Notes under the pieces: model-generated | The model's input: the letters and a program-made list of their open reading frames with translations, nothing else | The model's database searches: none | Told to the model about the DNA's origin: nothing | Made by a program: the position numbers and the translations under genes | In this document: piece by piece, positions 23,185-37,300 of the stretch | Position numbering within the stretch: position 1 is the stretch's first letter | Layout: each line of letters opens with the position of its first letter | Source of the DNA: Azolla caroliniana | Taxonomy: Eukaryota; Plantae; Polypodiophyta | NCBI GenBank assembly: GCA_043228905.1 | Contig: JBHGNT010000008.1 | Location: 21,080,001 to 21,144,000 of the forward strand | Direction of reading: 5' to 3' | Length of the DNA: 64,000 nucleotides

Positions 23185-25758
23185 GATGCATAGATCGCAC
23201 TGTCTGCAATATTCATATGCATCCTTTTGCGTCGTCAGCCACCACAGTCCTGCTTGCAAAATTTTCCGGGCCGTAACATCGCCCACGTAATGTCCTCCCC
23301 CTGTACCACAATGAGCTTTGCATAGAACAGCGGCCTTCTCATCCTGCCGTATTCCGCGCCTCCAGATGTCATCACTGCCCTTGTGGTATAGTATGTTTTC
23401 CACTAAACAGAAATTTCGACTCCGAACGGCCAACCGTTTTTTCTCATCCATCCGTAATTGTGGTGGCGGTAACCCCGTCGTCAGGAAGTAGGTCATTTCC
23501 ATGAGCCACCGATCCGGGAAGGTCTTTTCCGTTTGTTCTACTAGCGCTACTACCCGTAGAATGTCTGCATCCGGAAAGTCGTCGTCATCCCTCTGCGTCG
23601 TTTCTCCATTATCGAGTCTACTCAAAAAATCTGCCACTATGTGTTGCGTACCCGGGCGGTGCTGAATTACAAAGTCGAATTCTTGAAGCAACAGCATCCA
23701 TCTCGCCAATTTCCCCGTCAGCACTTGTTTCTCCACCAGATATAGCAGTGCCGAATGATCCACGTCAAACGTGGATTACCACCCTAGCAGATAATGCCGG
23801 AACTTATTCATGATGTAGATCATCCCCAACGCCTCACGCTCCGTTGTGGAATAGTTACGCTCAGCCATTGATAATTTCCGACTAGCGTAGTACATCGGCC
23901 GGTACCAATTCGGCTCCGTGAGCTGCATTAGCGCACTACCTATTGCTATGGCCGAGGCATCTACGAACACGTGGAATGGCTTCGCCCAAACTGGTGGCTT
24001 TACGATGGATGCCTGCATTAGCATTACCTTTAGCGCATCATATGCCTTTTCTTCCGTAGTTGTCCATTGGAAGGGAGTCCGATGAATAGCGGCATGTAAT
24101 GGCGTGACGAAGTCCGCCAAATAGCGTATCATCCAACTGTGCCATCGTATTTGTCCTAAAAAACAGTTGAGTGATTTCGCGTTTGTCGGCATTTTCGCTT
24201 GGGTAATCGCGGAGATTTGATTCGGATCGACCACTATCCCTTCCTTGCTGACTATATGGCCAAGGAGAGCCCCGCTGGTAACGCCGAAGGCACATTTGGC
24301 GGGATTCAGGCTTAAGCGTGTGGTGCGGCAATGTTCCAGGCACAGTTGCAGATGTGTAAAATAGTCGGTTGTTCTCCCATATACCGCAAAATCATCTAAA
24401 AAAACTTGCATGAAGGCCGGATTATATTCCCCAAAAATCTCCGTGGTTGTCCGTTGAAATGTCGTCAACGCCGTCTTTAGCCCGAACATCATGATGACTG
24501 CAACATAGACTCTCTAGTCCGTGACAAAGGCCTTCTTCTCTTGGTCGTCGGGGTGCATGCGTACTTGGTTGTACCCACTGAAGCCATCTAAAAAATTGTA
24601 CATGTTCCTGCCCCGCGACAGCGTCCAGTACACTATTGGTGAAAGGTAAAGGGAATGCGTCCGTAATGGTTATGGCGTTTAATTTTCGGTAGTCCACGCA
24701 TACCTGGATTTTGCCATTTTTCTTTGGTACGACTACGATTGGGCTTAACCATGTAGCTTGTTTAACTGGCCGTATAAATCCCGCCTTGAGGAGTTTGTCA
24801 ATTTCTTCTTTTACGCAGGCCATGTAGTTTGGGATCATGCGGTATCGACGTTGCTGGACCGGTTTCGCGTCGGTTGCTAAATTGATCTTATGTTGATAGA
24901 ACTTCGGATCTAACCCCTTCATGTCCTTGTGGGCCCAGGCGAACACATCTTTATACTTCTTGAGTAGGGCTATCATCCTGTCTCTCTGATCCAGCATTAA
25001 TTCTTTTGTGATGGAGAGGAAACGTGGTTTATTTCTTCTAGGGCTGAGGCGATGACTCGCCGTGAAATTTCCATTTCCCTCTCGAACGTTGCCCGTGCTC
25101 TACTTAGTTCTAATATTCACTCTGGGTTTGGTTCATAAGCCTCGTCGTGGAGTGTAGCGGACGTGGCATATGCCACCGCGGTTTCGATGACATCGATTTC
25201 GAACTGCGGAATAATCCGAGTGCTCGTTTAGGTATGCCTCTAATTTTGTATCATCCACCCCAGCCAGCATATTTATATCCTCCGCGTACAATTGTGTCGC
25301 CATTTCCTCTGTTGGTACGCGGACCTTGGTGCGTCCGCGTCAAAAGCTGATACACTTGTGTTGCTAGCTCTGCTTGAATTTGTTGAACGAAGCCACGGTT
25401 TGCCCAACAGCATAGGATACGCCCCTCGAGCGTCAAGAGGGAGGACTACCGTCAAGATGTCGAAGCGATGTCCTCCCACAATAATGCCTACCTTGCGTAT
25501 CAACCCCAATGATCGTACTGAGCAAGTATCCGCCATGTGGAGCCGGAACGGGCAAGCTTCCCATTCTGAAATTCCCAATTGTTCGCATGTCTTCACGCTA
25601 ATTACATTAACGCTTGAGCCGCCATCGATTACGCATCCTGCGATTTCTTGACCGTGTAATATCAACTTAATAGCCAAGTTGTGGTGATCCACAACTGTCA
25701 GTCCGTTGCTAATGTCCATAAAATTCGCGATGACGGTTACCCCAGGTCTGCCCGTCAC
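23185..25758 (-). pseudogene. Athila-like pol: PR, RT, RNaseH and integrase zinc finger; integrase core deleted
   Basis: VIDGGSSVN, WLSPIVVVPKKNG, VFLDDFAVYG, VDAS, NYSTTEREAL, ARWMLLLQEFDF and H..H..CRQCDLC, then an abrupt break. Confidence 0.9.
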
Positions 25759-26585
25759 CCGCTGTCGTGCCTTTCGGCTCCGGATCGTTGCGTGAGTCGG
25801 GTGGGAACCGCCGAGGTTTTTGACTAGGAGGAAGAGGAATACAACTTAAGGTTAGTTATGAATAGTGGAAAGAGAAGTAAGATGACAACCTCGTGAATTC
25901 CACGAGTTTAGTGTAATTAAAACAATATTTAGATTAAAAGAGTAATTTAGATGGCAAAATTCATGAATCCCACGAATATCTTAGATTGATCAATTCTTCT
26001 ATATTAATCAACAACCATATACATATTTTTCTCCTCCTTATATAAAGATGGAAGAGGCTAAGCATGGCTTCATGCTTTTTCACCTAAAGTGCCCATGCAC
26101 ACTAAATGTGCATGTGATGTTTTTGTCATTTCCTAAATATAGGGCTCGTGCACGCTAGATGTGCATGAGTCACTTTTAATGTCACGTGTAAATAAAATAT
26201 TCACACTCTAAAGAATACATGATTTTTACCTTTTAATAAAGGTATGTGTAAATAAAGGTCTTATACGTATTAAATCTATATTTATAACACTAAAGATAAG
26301 TTATTACAATGGTAAAGTTGGGGTTTATCTATGTGGAGGTGCATGGTTTGAATCTTGCCCTATGCACGTGATAAATTCTTTTGATATATTATTTATTTAT
26401 TTATATGTATCTAAATTCGGATATATTATTTTATGGTTTTCACGTACTGTGTGGAATACACTACGACACTCGCCCCCTCCGAACCCACACATCCTCCGGT
26501 ATGTGCCAAAGTTCTCGATTCCCCATATCCTTCTTCACCCAAAGCTTCCTCCGATTCTCCCCTTATGTCGACTATGAGTTGTAAT

Positions 26586-29500
26586 TCACGTTCTTCGCTT
26601 CCCGCATCCCCGTGGTCTTCGTCCGATTGCTCCTCGTTGTCGGCCTTGGCTTGGATCACATAGGGTTTGTCGTCGGTCCGCTTCTTGAAAATCTTCACCC
26701 GCTTCTCGGCTATAGGCACTCATAGTATTGTTCCATCCAACTCGGACAGTCGGTACGTTCCGTTGTCGAAGACTTTCCGAACCTCGTATGGCCCGAACCA
26801 CCTTTTCGCGAATTTCCGCATCGTTGTATGTTGATGGTCCAAACTACTGTCATAGACGATCACCCAATCTCCTTCTTCAATCCTCCTCGGTCGTAGTCGG
26901 TGCTTTGTGTCGAACCGGCTTTTGTTCCTTAATCGTGCTTCTTGTTGTCGGCGTATTGCTTCCGCTATGTCTGCCGGTCTTCCCTCTAGTTGTCGTATCC
27001 GGACCGCTAGTAGTTCTTCCCGGCTCATCTCTTCCTTCCACGGTAGCACTGTGCATGTTGCGATCGCGGTTTCCGTCGGCATTACCGATGCTTGTCCGGT
27101 CATGAGTTCTGCGGGCATGTAACCGGTTATGGAGCTATGCGTCGTCCGATCCGCCCATAGTGCATACGGAAGCATCTGCGGCCAGTCCTTCACCTTTCCA
27201 TCGCATGCCTTTGCAAGTGCTTTCACGATCGGACTATGTCCTCGTTCGATTTTCCCGTTGGCCTCCGGATTGTATGCCGTTGTCAGCGATAACCGAACTC
27301 CGTGTTTGGCGAAGAATTCCCTAGCTTTGTCCGAGTCAAATTCTCCCCGGTCCGCAATCACTTGTCCTAGGCACCCATACCTACAAAATACTTCCTCCAA
27401 AAGAAATTGGCATACCGCGGAACACGTTTTCCTCTGAAGCGCTCGACCTTCTACTTGATTCGTGAGATCTTCCCGAGCTAATACCAAGTATTTCTTTTGT
27501 CCGATCCCGGTCGGCATGGCCACTATGTCGACCATCCACTTGAAGTTGATTGTCGGTCAGAATGTCGGATGTAACTCATCTCGATGTCGAACCCCGGAGT
27601 AGACTTGACATTTCTCGTAGCTTTCGGTAAACTCCGCGATATCTTTGTACATTTTCTTCCACCAATATTTTTGCTTGATCTTCACAAATGTTGCCCATGT
27701 TCCTCGGTGTCCAGCCCAATCGGATTCGTGAAACTCGGACATTATCCGGTTTCGTTGCTCTTTTGTCCCGACTACCCGAAGAGGTATACCATCCGGTCTT
27801 TTCGGCGCCCTCCATATTAATCCGTTTTCCAAGAAGAACTTTTGGACTTGTCTCTTCTTCCTTCGGATCTCGGCTCTTCTTCCTTTATCGTTTGTTGAAT
27901 CCTCGGCCTCTTGTAACATCTTTCCGATCATCAAGCTTTCTCCCTCGTATTCTTCTTCCCGGAATTCCCGGATTACGTTTACTCGACATATGTGCTCCGA
28001 CGCGAAGTAGTCTTCGGAAACTTCTTCATTATCCGATTCGGTTATGTCGTCTCCGAACCGAGCCCTTGATAACATATCCGCTACCGCGTTGTCCTTCCCC
28101 GAGATGTGTCGAACCTCCGGATTAAGCGACTTGACATATGCAACCCACCTTAGCATAGCTACATCTGGTATCGTACAACACCGCATCATCCCGAGTATCG
28201 GAAGACAATCCATCTCGATCACCACTTCGGCTCCGATCAAATAATCCCGATCCGATTTTATCGCCGACACGACTCCCCACAGTTCTCTTTTGACTTGTGC
28301 ATATCCACGTTGCCTTTCGTTGAGAACCTTTGCTCCGAATCGGATCGGATACCGCGAACCATCCGAGTCGGCTTGATTGATGACCCACCCGATACCGGTT
28401 GGACTTGTATCAACCGTTACTATGATCGGTCGGTCGTAGCTCGGCTTCTTAAGTGCTTCCGCCCTCTGAAGTGTCTTCTTCAATTTCTTCATGGCTTTGG
28501 TGTGTTCCGGTTTCCATTCGAATTTCTTACCTTTCCGCAACAAGTGGTAGAGCGGGTCCGCTATATGTGCATAGTGTGGAATCCATATGTGATAGAATGC
28601 ACATGCACCGAGAAACCTTCGGACTTCGGATGTTGACTCGCATACTTCCTCCATAGCTTGAATCGCATCGATCTTTGTTGGTGACGGTCTTCGGCCGTAG
28701 GGCCCACATAGATGTCCGACCACCAATATTTCTTCTTGCCCGAATGCCGATTTCTCCCCGGAAAGTGTTAGGTGCACATCTTCTAGCTTTTGCAACACTT
28801 TCTCGCAATCATGAATATGGTCGACCACGAACTTTCGGCATCCCCGATCATCCATAGTCTCATCTTTTTCTTCTACCGCGCATCCTTTCATCGGAATGTC
28901 ATCGAGGAACGGCATCGTTATCTCCGGAATGCAGTCTCGAAGCACCTTGTTCATCGCGTTCATCATATGAGCAACCGAGTTTGTCGCTCCTTGTGGTAGT
29001 GTGCACATTCGGACCAATCCTATCGGTGTTCGCATGGTTGTGATGTCTCGGCTCTCCACGGCTAGTTGGAATTGGTCATACCCCGAGTATAGGTCTCCGA
29101 TGGAGTATATCGCACGACCGGCAAAAGCTTCCGCAAATTCGTCCACTACCGGACCGACTCCTGAGTTCCGGATCGTGACCTTATTCACCGGTTGCAAGTC
29201 TTGGATAAATCGGAGTGACCCATTCTTCTTCGGAACCGTAAACCATCGATTTGAGTACGGAGCAGTTGATGGCTCTAGAATCCCCATCGCCACCTTCTCC
29301 TTGAGCAAGTCAATGACTTTCGGAATATGCGCTCGTGGCACCGGAATTGGCTTCAGATTCCACGGTACATGGTCAATTGTAAAGATCACCATCGGCTCCA
29401 CTATTCTCGGATCGACGCACCCTATCTCCCTTGATGTAAATGCAAACGCTTTGCCGTGTTGCTCCAACATCTCGCGAAACCGTTCTTCTTCTTTCTGTAA

Positions 29501-30061
29501 TAGGAACCCACCTCCACCGATCCGAAGTTTCTTCCGGGTCTCATCCGTGAAGGCATGTCCGATATCCACGGACTTCCGAAGTGTCGGATCTCCCGAGACT
29601 TCTTTCCTCTTTTGTTCACTATCGGCGGGTAGTGGTCCTGCGGCTGGTTTTACCTTCTTCTCCACGGTCTTGTATTTCGTACTTACCATTGGTTCTTCTT
29701 TGCGGAGCGTATCCGGCTCCATTTTCTCAATGATCTCGTACATCTCGACCGATTCCACCGGGACTACCCGGTTCCCTTGGCTTTTATCTTTCGCAAGCTC
29801 TTCAAGTCATTGTAGCGTGCTCCCATAGAACACTTCTTCGACTATCCCCACGATTTCTTCATCTTCTTTTATTATTGATGCCGACCGCAACTTATCCTCC
29901 ACTTGTCGGTATCCTTTCTTCAATCCTCCGGTTACGGTCGTGTACGTAGATGCCCCATCCAGACCGATTCGTACATGTTTTGCTCCGAGAGTTTTCTTCC
30001 TGTGTGGGGTATCAGGGCTTCTCGGACTATCACTTTCCCACTCCGCAACAGTCCGCTTTAA
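26586..30061 (-). pseudogene. G2 RT-RNaseH-integrase frame (-1 relative to gag-PR), with a few in-frame stops
   Basis: ORF 27557-29758 has DLYSGYDQF, LPQGATNS, FLDD and VDTS. ORF 26720-27535 has ADRGE, NGKIERGH and WFGPY. No chromodomain is visible. Confidence 0.92.
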
Positions 30062-32122
30062 AAATCCATTCTCACTTGGGACAAGAGTTCCCTCTTGTTC
30101 CTTTCGTGATTTGCCGGCACCGTTAGGAATTGGACGGATTCCCCACCATTTTGGCTCCGAATTCGCGCAAAAGCCGCACCGCTATCGAGCACCTTCGTCT
30201 CCATCCGTGATGCCGTGATAAAGGGTTGGCCGAGGATGACGGAATGTGAAACCTCATCTTGCACGAAGAAATTTTGGTCGATCTCGACATCCCCGATCTT
30301 TACCGTCACATCCGGACAAGCCGCAAATAGATCTTCCGTTGCTTTGGTGGCCGCCCGAATCTTCCATCCATGGTTGGTGTTAATAGGCCACTTCCCCTTC
30401 CCGTAGAACTCCTTGGACATCAAGTTGATCTCCGATCCGTGATCAATCAATGCTAGCACGGGTTCTTTGATGTTGCCGATTCGGACCGGAGTCTCCGTAG
30501 TCGCGCGTGCCCAATGTGGCCTTGTATAGTGGGAGTTCGGAATTTCGTCCTCCACTTCGGTGTCGTTCATTAAAACGGTGTTCGCATTCACCCTTGGAGC
30601 ATTTTCCTCCGTACTTTGTCTTTTTCGCTTCACGAGATCCACGAGAAGATCGTGGAACTCCTTCATTGTTATTCCGAGTAGCTCCCGAAGCGAGAAATCT
30701 ACCCGGCTATCCAAGATTCTTTCCTCGAACACTCTTTTCAAGTCGGTTTGTTGTTCTATGTCCGAGGCGAGCTTGAATGCCGGAGTCGCCTTTTCTTTTC
30801 CCTTACCTCCGGAGTTCCAACTTTCCGGTATCTTCGATGGCCCGGCCGCATCCTCCGTGCGTCGTCGTTTCTCGTCCACATGCACCTTATGCAATTGACA
30901 CAGGGCGTATATGCTATTTTTGTCGACAGGGCACTCCCATCCCGTAGCTTCCCGGACGCCTTCCGCGGTGCTTCGGATCTCGTTGGAGTCGGTTTTCTCG
31001 GTGTTTTCTAGAACCTCCGGCCAAAAAGACGTCTTTGCTCTCGATGACTCCCCGACACATATTCCCGTGGTTGTCGCATAGTTGCTTCTTGCCGCCAATT
31101 CCTCCTCGAGCACCTTCTTCATGCCGCCTTTCCGGAAGTTCGGTCAGAGTGGCTTCCGAGAGTCCATCGAATGAATCCGGTTTCCCTCGTAGTAGATGAG
31201 ATCCCGCCGTAGCGCCTCCTTATGCTCGTCGCAATCCCTCCGATCGTATTCGGCGCTATCGCACCATATGCACCGTCGGTCCGTATACTTGGAGCTTGTG
31301 GGGCGGTCATCCGACTTCTTCACCATCGCGATCTTCAGATTCTCCATCTCCTTCAATAGTTGCTCCATCGTAGATGCATCAATCCCCTTCTCGGTTGTAG
31401 TCTCTCGAGCCCTCAGTTGATGGTCTTCCAATCCGGTTCTCGGTTTCGGAATCGGTTCCGAAACCCTCTTTTCCTCGTCGGCAAGCCATTGCCCCCTCTT
31501 CGTGTATCGCGCGACGATATCCTGCACGCTTTCCCATGTTTCGGTGAGGCCGCTCTCCGTGGTCGTGTCCTCCAAGAGCACTCCGAGATCTTTCCGGTCC
31601 CGGACGTCCACGGCTCGCAAGAACATGATCACCTTGTCCGGTACGAGGATAGCTTGATCTCTCGAGGACAACCTCCCGAACCAGCTTTCGAATGCTGAAA
31701 ACACATCAACGACCTTCAATCCCTTGTCCGGCGTCTCCACCCAATCTTCGAATCCCCTTCGCGTCGCCTTGGACGAATCCTCGATGGCGAACGTCCTCTT
31801 TAGCTCTACTTCAAACGCCTCCCATGTCGGATTTTGCTGTCGTAGCCCATGGATGCTTGCTTGAAGCCCGTCGGTTGCCACCCGGTTGAAGGACGTCACT
31901 TGCAGTCCTTCCGATATTCCGCACCGTAGCATCTCCGCCTTGTAGTCCCGAAGATACCGCGACACGTCTTTTCCTGTTGAATTGCTCGTTTCGTTGCACG
32001 AGCCGCTCCACTGATGCCGCTATCTCCGACATCGCACGTTGTTCTTGTAGCATGCGCTCGAACATCATCATCATGTTGCTAGCCTCCGGTTGATTTTCCA
32101 TCTCCTTGCCACCCGTTTTCAC
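30058..32122 (-). pseudogene. G2 gag-protease frame, with one frameshift and one stop
   Basis: ORFs 31811-32122, 31144-31965 (CIWCDSAEYDRRDC knuckle) and 30058-31122 (LIDHGSEIN ... VILGQPF protease). Confidence 0.88.
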
Positions 32123-32844
32123 GTCGGGTTCACCAACTGTGTCGTGCCTTTCGGCTCCGGATCGTTGCGTGAGTCGGGTGGGAACCGCCGAGGTTTTTGA
32201 CTAGGAGGAAGAGGAATACAACTTAAGGTTAGTTATGAATAGTGGAAAGAGAAGTAAGATGACAACCTCGTGAATCCCACGAGTTTAGTGTAATTAAAAC
32301 AATATTTAGATTAAAAGAGTAATTTAGATGGCAAAATTCGTGAATCCCACGAATATCTTAGATTGATCAATTCTTCTATATTAATCAACAACCATATACA
32401 TATTTTTCTCCTCCTTATATAAAGATGGAAGAGGCTAAGCATGGCTTCATGCTTTTTCACCTAAAGTGCCCATGCACACTAAATGTGCATGTGATGTTTT
32501 GTCATTTCCTAAATATAGGGCTCGTGCACGCTAGATGTGCATGAGTCACTTTTAATGTCACGTGTAAATAAAATATTCACACTCTAAAGAATACATGATT
32601 TTTACCTTTTAATAAAGGTATGTGTAAATAAAGGTCTTATACGTATTAAATCTATATTTATAACACTAAAGATAAGTTATTACAATGGTAAAGTTGGGGT
32701 TTATCTACGTGGAGGTGCATGGTTTGAATCTTGCCCTATGCACGTGATAAATTCTTTTGATATATTATTTATTTATTTATATGTATCTAAATTCGGATAT
32801 ATTATTTTATGGTTTTCACGTACTGTGTGGAATACACTACGACA

Positions 32845-34340
32845 CCGCTCTTCCACAGCCTGGCGGAATCATGGGAGTAGTTGCAGCAGCTTCTCCGTGG
32901 TAAACGTTATCTCGCAGCCTATCTGTGCTTGCCATATGGGGTTCGAGGATGGTCCCTCGTCCTCCAATAGCTCCACGGTGTTTTCGGACTCCTTCCGCAT
33001 GCACTCCGTATTGTCACGTTTTCTTTTTCAAGCCATGCTTGGGCTATCTGTCGTATCTCATCTTGCGCGGCCCAATCAACATTTTTTGTTTGTTGACATG
33101 TCGTGACTTGTTGTACTTCTGCCGTAATTGTATTGACGGCGGGCCTCTTGCCTTGGCGTACTGGGCATTGAGTGGCATAATGGATGCTAGATTCGCCCTT
33201 CTCGGCCCCTGGTGGTGTGTGCCGATCCCCAAGTGTTACTTGCTCCTCCCGGTCGTAATTCGTTCGTCGAACCGTACACGGTGGTTGCTGTTGGTCCCGG
33301 CGTGGTTCCTGGTGCCGGTCATCGTTCGAACTTTCGTCGTACCGCCGTTGGTCCTGATATTGAGGATGCTTTTTGTGAGGCCCGTTGAAGCTGCCACGTT
33401 TGTTCATCGGACAGTAATTCTCATAGAGTCAGCCCCCTTTAGTATTTTTGGGGTTGCCACGGTAGTCTTCATCCTCCGACTCGTCTTCCTCGGAATCATT
33501 GTGATTCCGTCGATTTCGGTAGTGCCGGTCATCGCGTGGATTTCGATCCATATACCGTGGTCGGTCTTCCTACCGCCTTTGTTCATTACGGCGTGGGGGA
33601 CGCTGTGTTTCAATGCCGCATACTGTGGGCGTGGCTCTGTTCAACATATTGTACTCGCACTACTCAACTGTGTGAGCTTTCGAGTGACAGATTGGACAGT
33701 GGATTCACATGTTGCATTCAACTACAGAATGCCCCAAATTCAAGCAAATCGTGCACTTGATTGCTTGACGAAAATGTCGTTCCTCGTCCTTAGGTAATGC
33801 TTGTCGTAATGAGGACATGGAAAACCTTTCCTCTTCTTCGTCCAGCTCGAGCTGTAGCACTCTTTCTATGACCATGTCGGCCATTTCCCCTTCCATGCTA
33901 TTGTTGTTGAGCATTGGCCATATGGGTCGGCGTAATACTGGCAAAGATGTCTCCCTAGCCTCGTCCTCCGTCGGGCCCCGTTATAATTTCCATCGTAGAT
34001 TTTGGAAGCGTAAGCTGAAATCCGCGATCGTCTCGGTCGGCAACTGTTTAATTGTGTAAAACTGCTCAAGGATTTCGCGTTGCGGCACCCTCCGATGGAA
34101 AAACCTCAGAAAGGCTGACTGCAGTTGGTCGAAGGTCGTGATGGCTGGCAAATCCATCTGCGAATGCCAAAACACTGCTCTCCCATCCAAGGTTAATCCG
34201 AACTCCATCATTTTGGACTGGTGCGTTACTGCCTTGGAAAGGCTCTGCACCATGTGGTTTGCATTCTAGACATTGAGGAACAGTCGGATGTGGGTTGCGG
34301 CGTCGGTTTCTCCGTTGAAGCGGGGATAAGCAAAGGCCAT
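32845..34340 (-). pseudogene. gag of the Athila-like element, degenerate
   Basis: MAFAYPRFNGETDAATHIRLF, QLPTETIADFSLRF and a CTICLNLGHSVVEC knuckle. Confidence 0.8.
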
Positions 34341-34398
34341 GATGGGTGCTACGGCGGGTAGGGAAAGACCACAATGCTTTTGTGGTGAGCGTGCTTCC

Positions 34399-37300
34399 TG
34401 TAAGGAATAGGCCCTTCTATTCACCTTGCTCGCTCGGCCACAACCGAGTAAACGCGAATCGATGGAGTAGAAAATAGGAACCACACGGAGAAACAAAACG
34501 CGAGTACACAGGGATTAACGTGGAAAACCCTAGATGGGAAAAACCACGGGAGTACAAGACTCCAAACAACACTATACAAGAGAAGTATACAATGACGAGC
34601 TCCAAGGCGACGACCTTGAGCTCGCTGTCCTCGCCACAGGCGGCGGAAATACACAGAGGCGTCTACCTCTTCTTCTCTCGCGCTCTATCTCTCACTCTGT
34701 CTCACGGCTGCTCCGTCTTCACTCCTCTTGAGTGGAAAAACAGAAAAATAAGAAGCAACTACAAAACTGTTTGCCCTAAGTCATATTTATACTTATATGA
34801 CTTTGGGCTATTTACAACTGTAGCCTCAGGGGCCCATAGCGAACATATTCACGGATATGTCCCTGCATCCGGATCGCTCTCCGGGTACATTCGTCATCCG
34901 GTACCGAAACCGGGGTCTTCATCATCCGGATCCGAAACCGAAACCGGGCTTGTCGGCATTCATCTCCGATATCCGACCATCCCATCCGAAAGGGACCGAA
35001 ATCCCAACAAACTCCCCCTTCACTTCGGCATGGGATGTCTCTCCAATCCGATCCTCTTCCGGCATGCTTCCAGCTTGTCGGGTGTGAGCACCTTGGTCAG
35101 CATATCCGACCCGTTCTCGTCCGTGTGGATCTTCGTCAGCACGAACTCCTTGTCTTCTATCCTTTCCCGGATCCAGTGATATCTTCGCTGGATGTGCTTC
35201 GTCCGGGAGTGATAGGCCGCGTTCTTTGCAAGGTGGATTGCACTCTGACTGTCGCAGTAGAGTCGGTACTCCTCCTGCCGGATACCGAGCTCTCTAATGA
35301 AGTCCTTCATCCATATTATTTCCTTGCCGGCTTCAACAGCCGCCATGTACTCCGCCTCCGTGGTTGACAGCGCAACCGTCTTCTGCAGCCTCGACTGCCA
35401 TGAAACAGCTCCCCCTGCATACGTCATCACATACCCTGATGTGGACCGGCTGGTATCTGCATCAGCCGACATATCCGAATCGGTAAAGCCGTCGAGTTCG
35501 GGCTTTCCGGAGCCGAATCGGAGGCACACGTTTGCCGTGCCCTTCAGGTATCGGAGTATCCACTTGACCGCGTTCCAATGCTCTTTGCCGGGATTGCTCA
35601 TGTACCGGCTCACCACTCCGACTGCATATCCGATGTCCGGTCTCGTACACACCATGGCGTACATCAAGCTCCCGACGGCTGAGGCATACGGCACTTTCAT
35701 CATATCCTCCTTTTCAGCCTTTGTCTTGGGACTTTGCTTGCTGGACAGCTTGCAGTTTGTCGGGAGGGTCGATCCGACCGGTCTTGCTTCCGACATGTTG
35801 AACCGGTGAAGCACCTTCGTCACGTACTTCTCCTGTGACAGCCACAACTGCTTCTTGCTCCGGTCCCGGATGATGTGCATCCCTAGTATTTGTCTCGCCG
35901 GACCCAGGTCCTTCATTGAGAAGGTTCGGTGAAGAGCCTTCTTCAGCATCCGGATCTTGACCTGGTCCCGTCCGACGATCAACATGTCGTCCACGTACAG
36001 GAGGAGTATTAGAGAGTCTCCTCCTTCGAACTTCTTCACAAACACGCAGTGGTCGGACTGCGTTTTGAGGTACCCTTCGTCGGTCATGAAGAAGTCGAAC
36101 TTCCGGTACCATTGCCGGGGGGCCTGCTTCAGTCCGTAAAGGCTCTTCTTCAACCGGCATACCAGGTGCTCCTTCCCTTTCTTCTCGAATCCTTCCGGTT
36201 GCTGCATGTAGATCTCTTCATCGAGGTCACCGTGAAGGAATGCCGTCTTCACGTCCATCTGTTCTACCTCGAGGTCCATGCTTGCCGCTATGCTCAGCAC
36301 CGTCCGGATGGAGGTCATCTTCACTACCGGGGCAAATATCTCGTCGAAGTCGACGCCCTTCTTCTGCTGAAACCCCTTCACCACGATCCTGGCTTTGTAT
36401 CTCGGGGGGTTTCCGGCATCTCCCAGTTTCAGCTTGAACACCCACTTGTTTCGAAGTGCCCGCTTTCCTTTCGGCAACTCCACAAGTTCATATGTGTGGT
36501 TCTCATGCAGGGAATCCATTTCGTCCTGCATGGCACTCAACCACCTGCGGCTCTGGGTGTCATGTTTTGCTTCTTCAAAGCTCTCCGGCTCCCCCTCGTC
36601 GGTTAGCAGCACGTGCTCTGGTTCCGGAAATCTCCGGGGGGCCCTTCTCTCTCTTAGAGGATATCTCCGTTCCGGAGCTTCGGTAACCGGTTCTTCCGAT
36701 TCTTCTTCATCCGAATCCATTTCGGGATCGGGGCCGGTTCCGGTATCGTTTTCATCTTCTTCGGCCGGTTCTGTTTCTTCACCGTCTTCGGCCGGATCCT
36801 TGAGTGCTAACCGGTCCCTTGCCGGTCGGGACTGCTCCTTGTAGAGTTGATCCTCACCGGTCGACTTGGAGCTCTTCATCTTCGTCTCCGACTCCCAGTC
36901 GGCGAGTGTCTTGTCCTCCATGAAGATGATGTCTCGACTCCTGAATATCTTCTTGTCGACAGGGTCCCATACTCGGTAGCCGAACTCGTCATCGCCGTAA
37001 CCGAGGAATATGCATGGCCGGGTCTTCGGATCTAGCTTTCCTCTCCGGTCCTTTGCCACATGCACGTATGCGAGACACCCGAACACCTTCAGATGCCGGT
37101 AGGACACTTCCTTACCGGTCCACACTTTCTGCGGCGTGTCTCCATCCAAAGGCACTGAGGGTGATCTGTTTATCACGTATGTCGCCGTCGACATTGCCTC
37201 AGCCCAAAACCCCTTGGGTAATTTCGCATGCGCCAGCATACTCCGGACCCTCTCCATTATGGTCCGGTTCATCCTCTCGGCCAGCCCGTTCAGTTCCGGC

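Larger units (their letters stand above)
25763..32844 (-). mobile_element. Full-length tRNA-Trp-primed Ty3/Gypsy element (G2); 4-bp TSD CCGC
   Basis: LTRs 25763-26468 and 32140-32844 differ by about 3 substitutions and 1 indel by eye. PBS tggtgaacccgacgtga 32119-32135; PPT ggagggggcgag 26469-26480. Confidence 0.95.

Noticed and set aside
32119-32135. tRNA-Trp gene
   Set aside because: Only the 17-nt 3'-end match including CCA next to an LTR, so it is a PBS. The same holds at 43075, 47287 and 52709.
34520-35179. Long ORFs over LTRs and antisense to pol (also 39244-39981, 29001-29828, 32925-33797, 47651-48532)
   Set aside because: Shadow ORFs of GC-rich retroelement sequence with no recognisable motifs.
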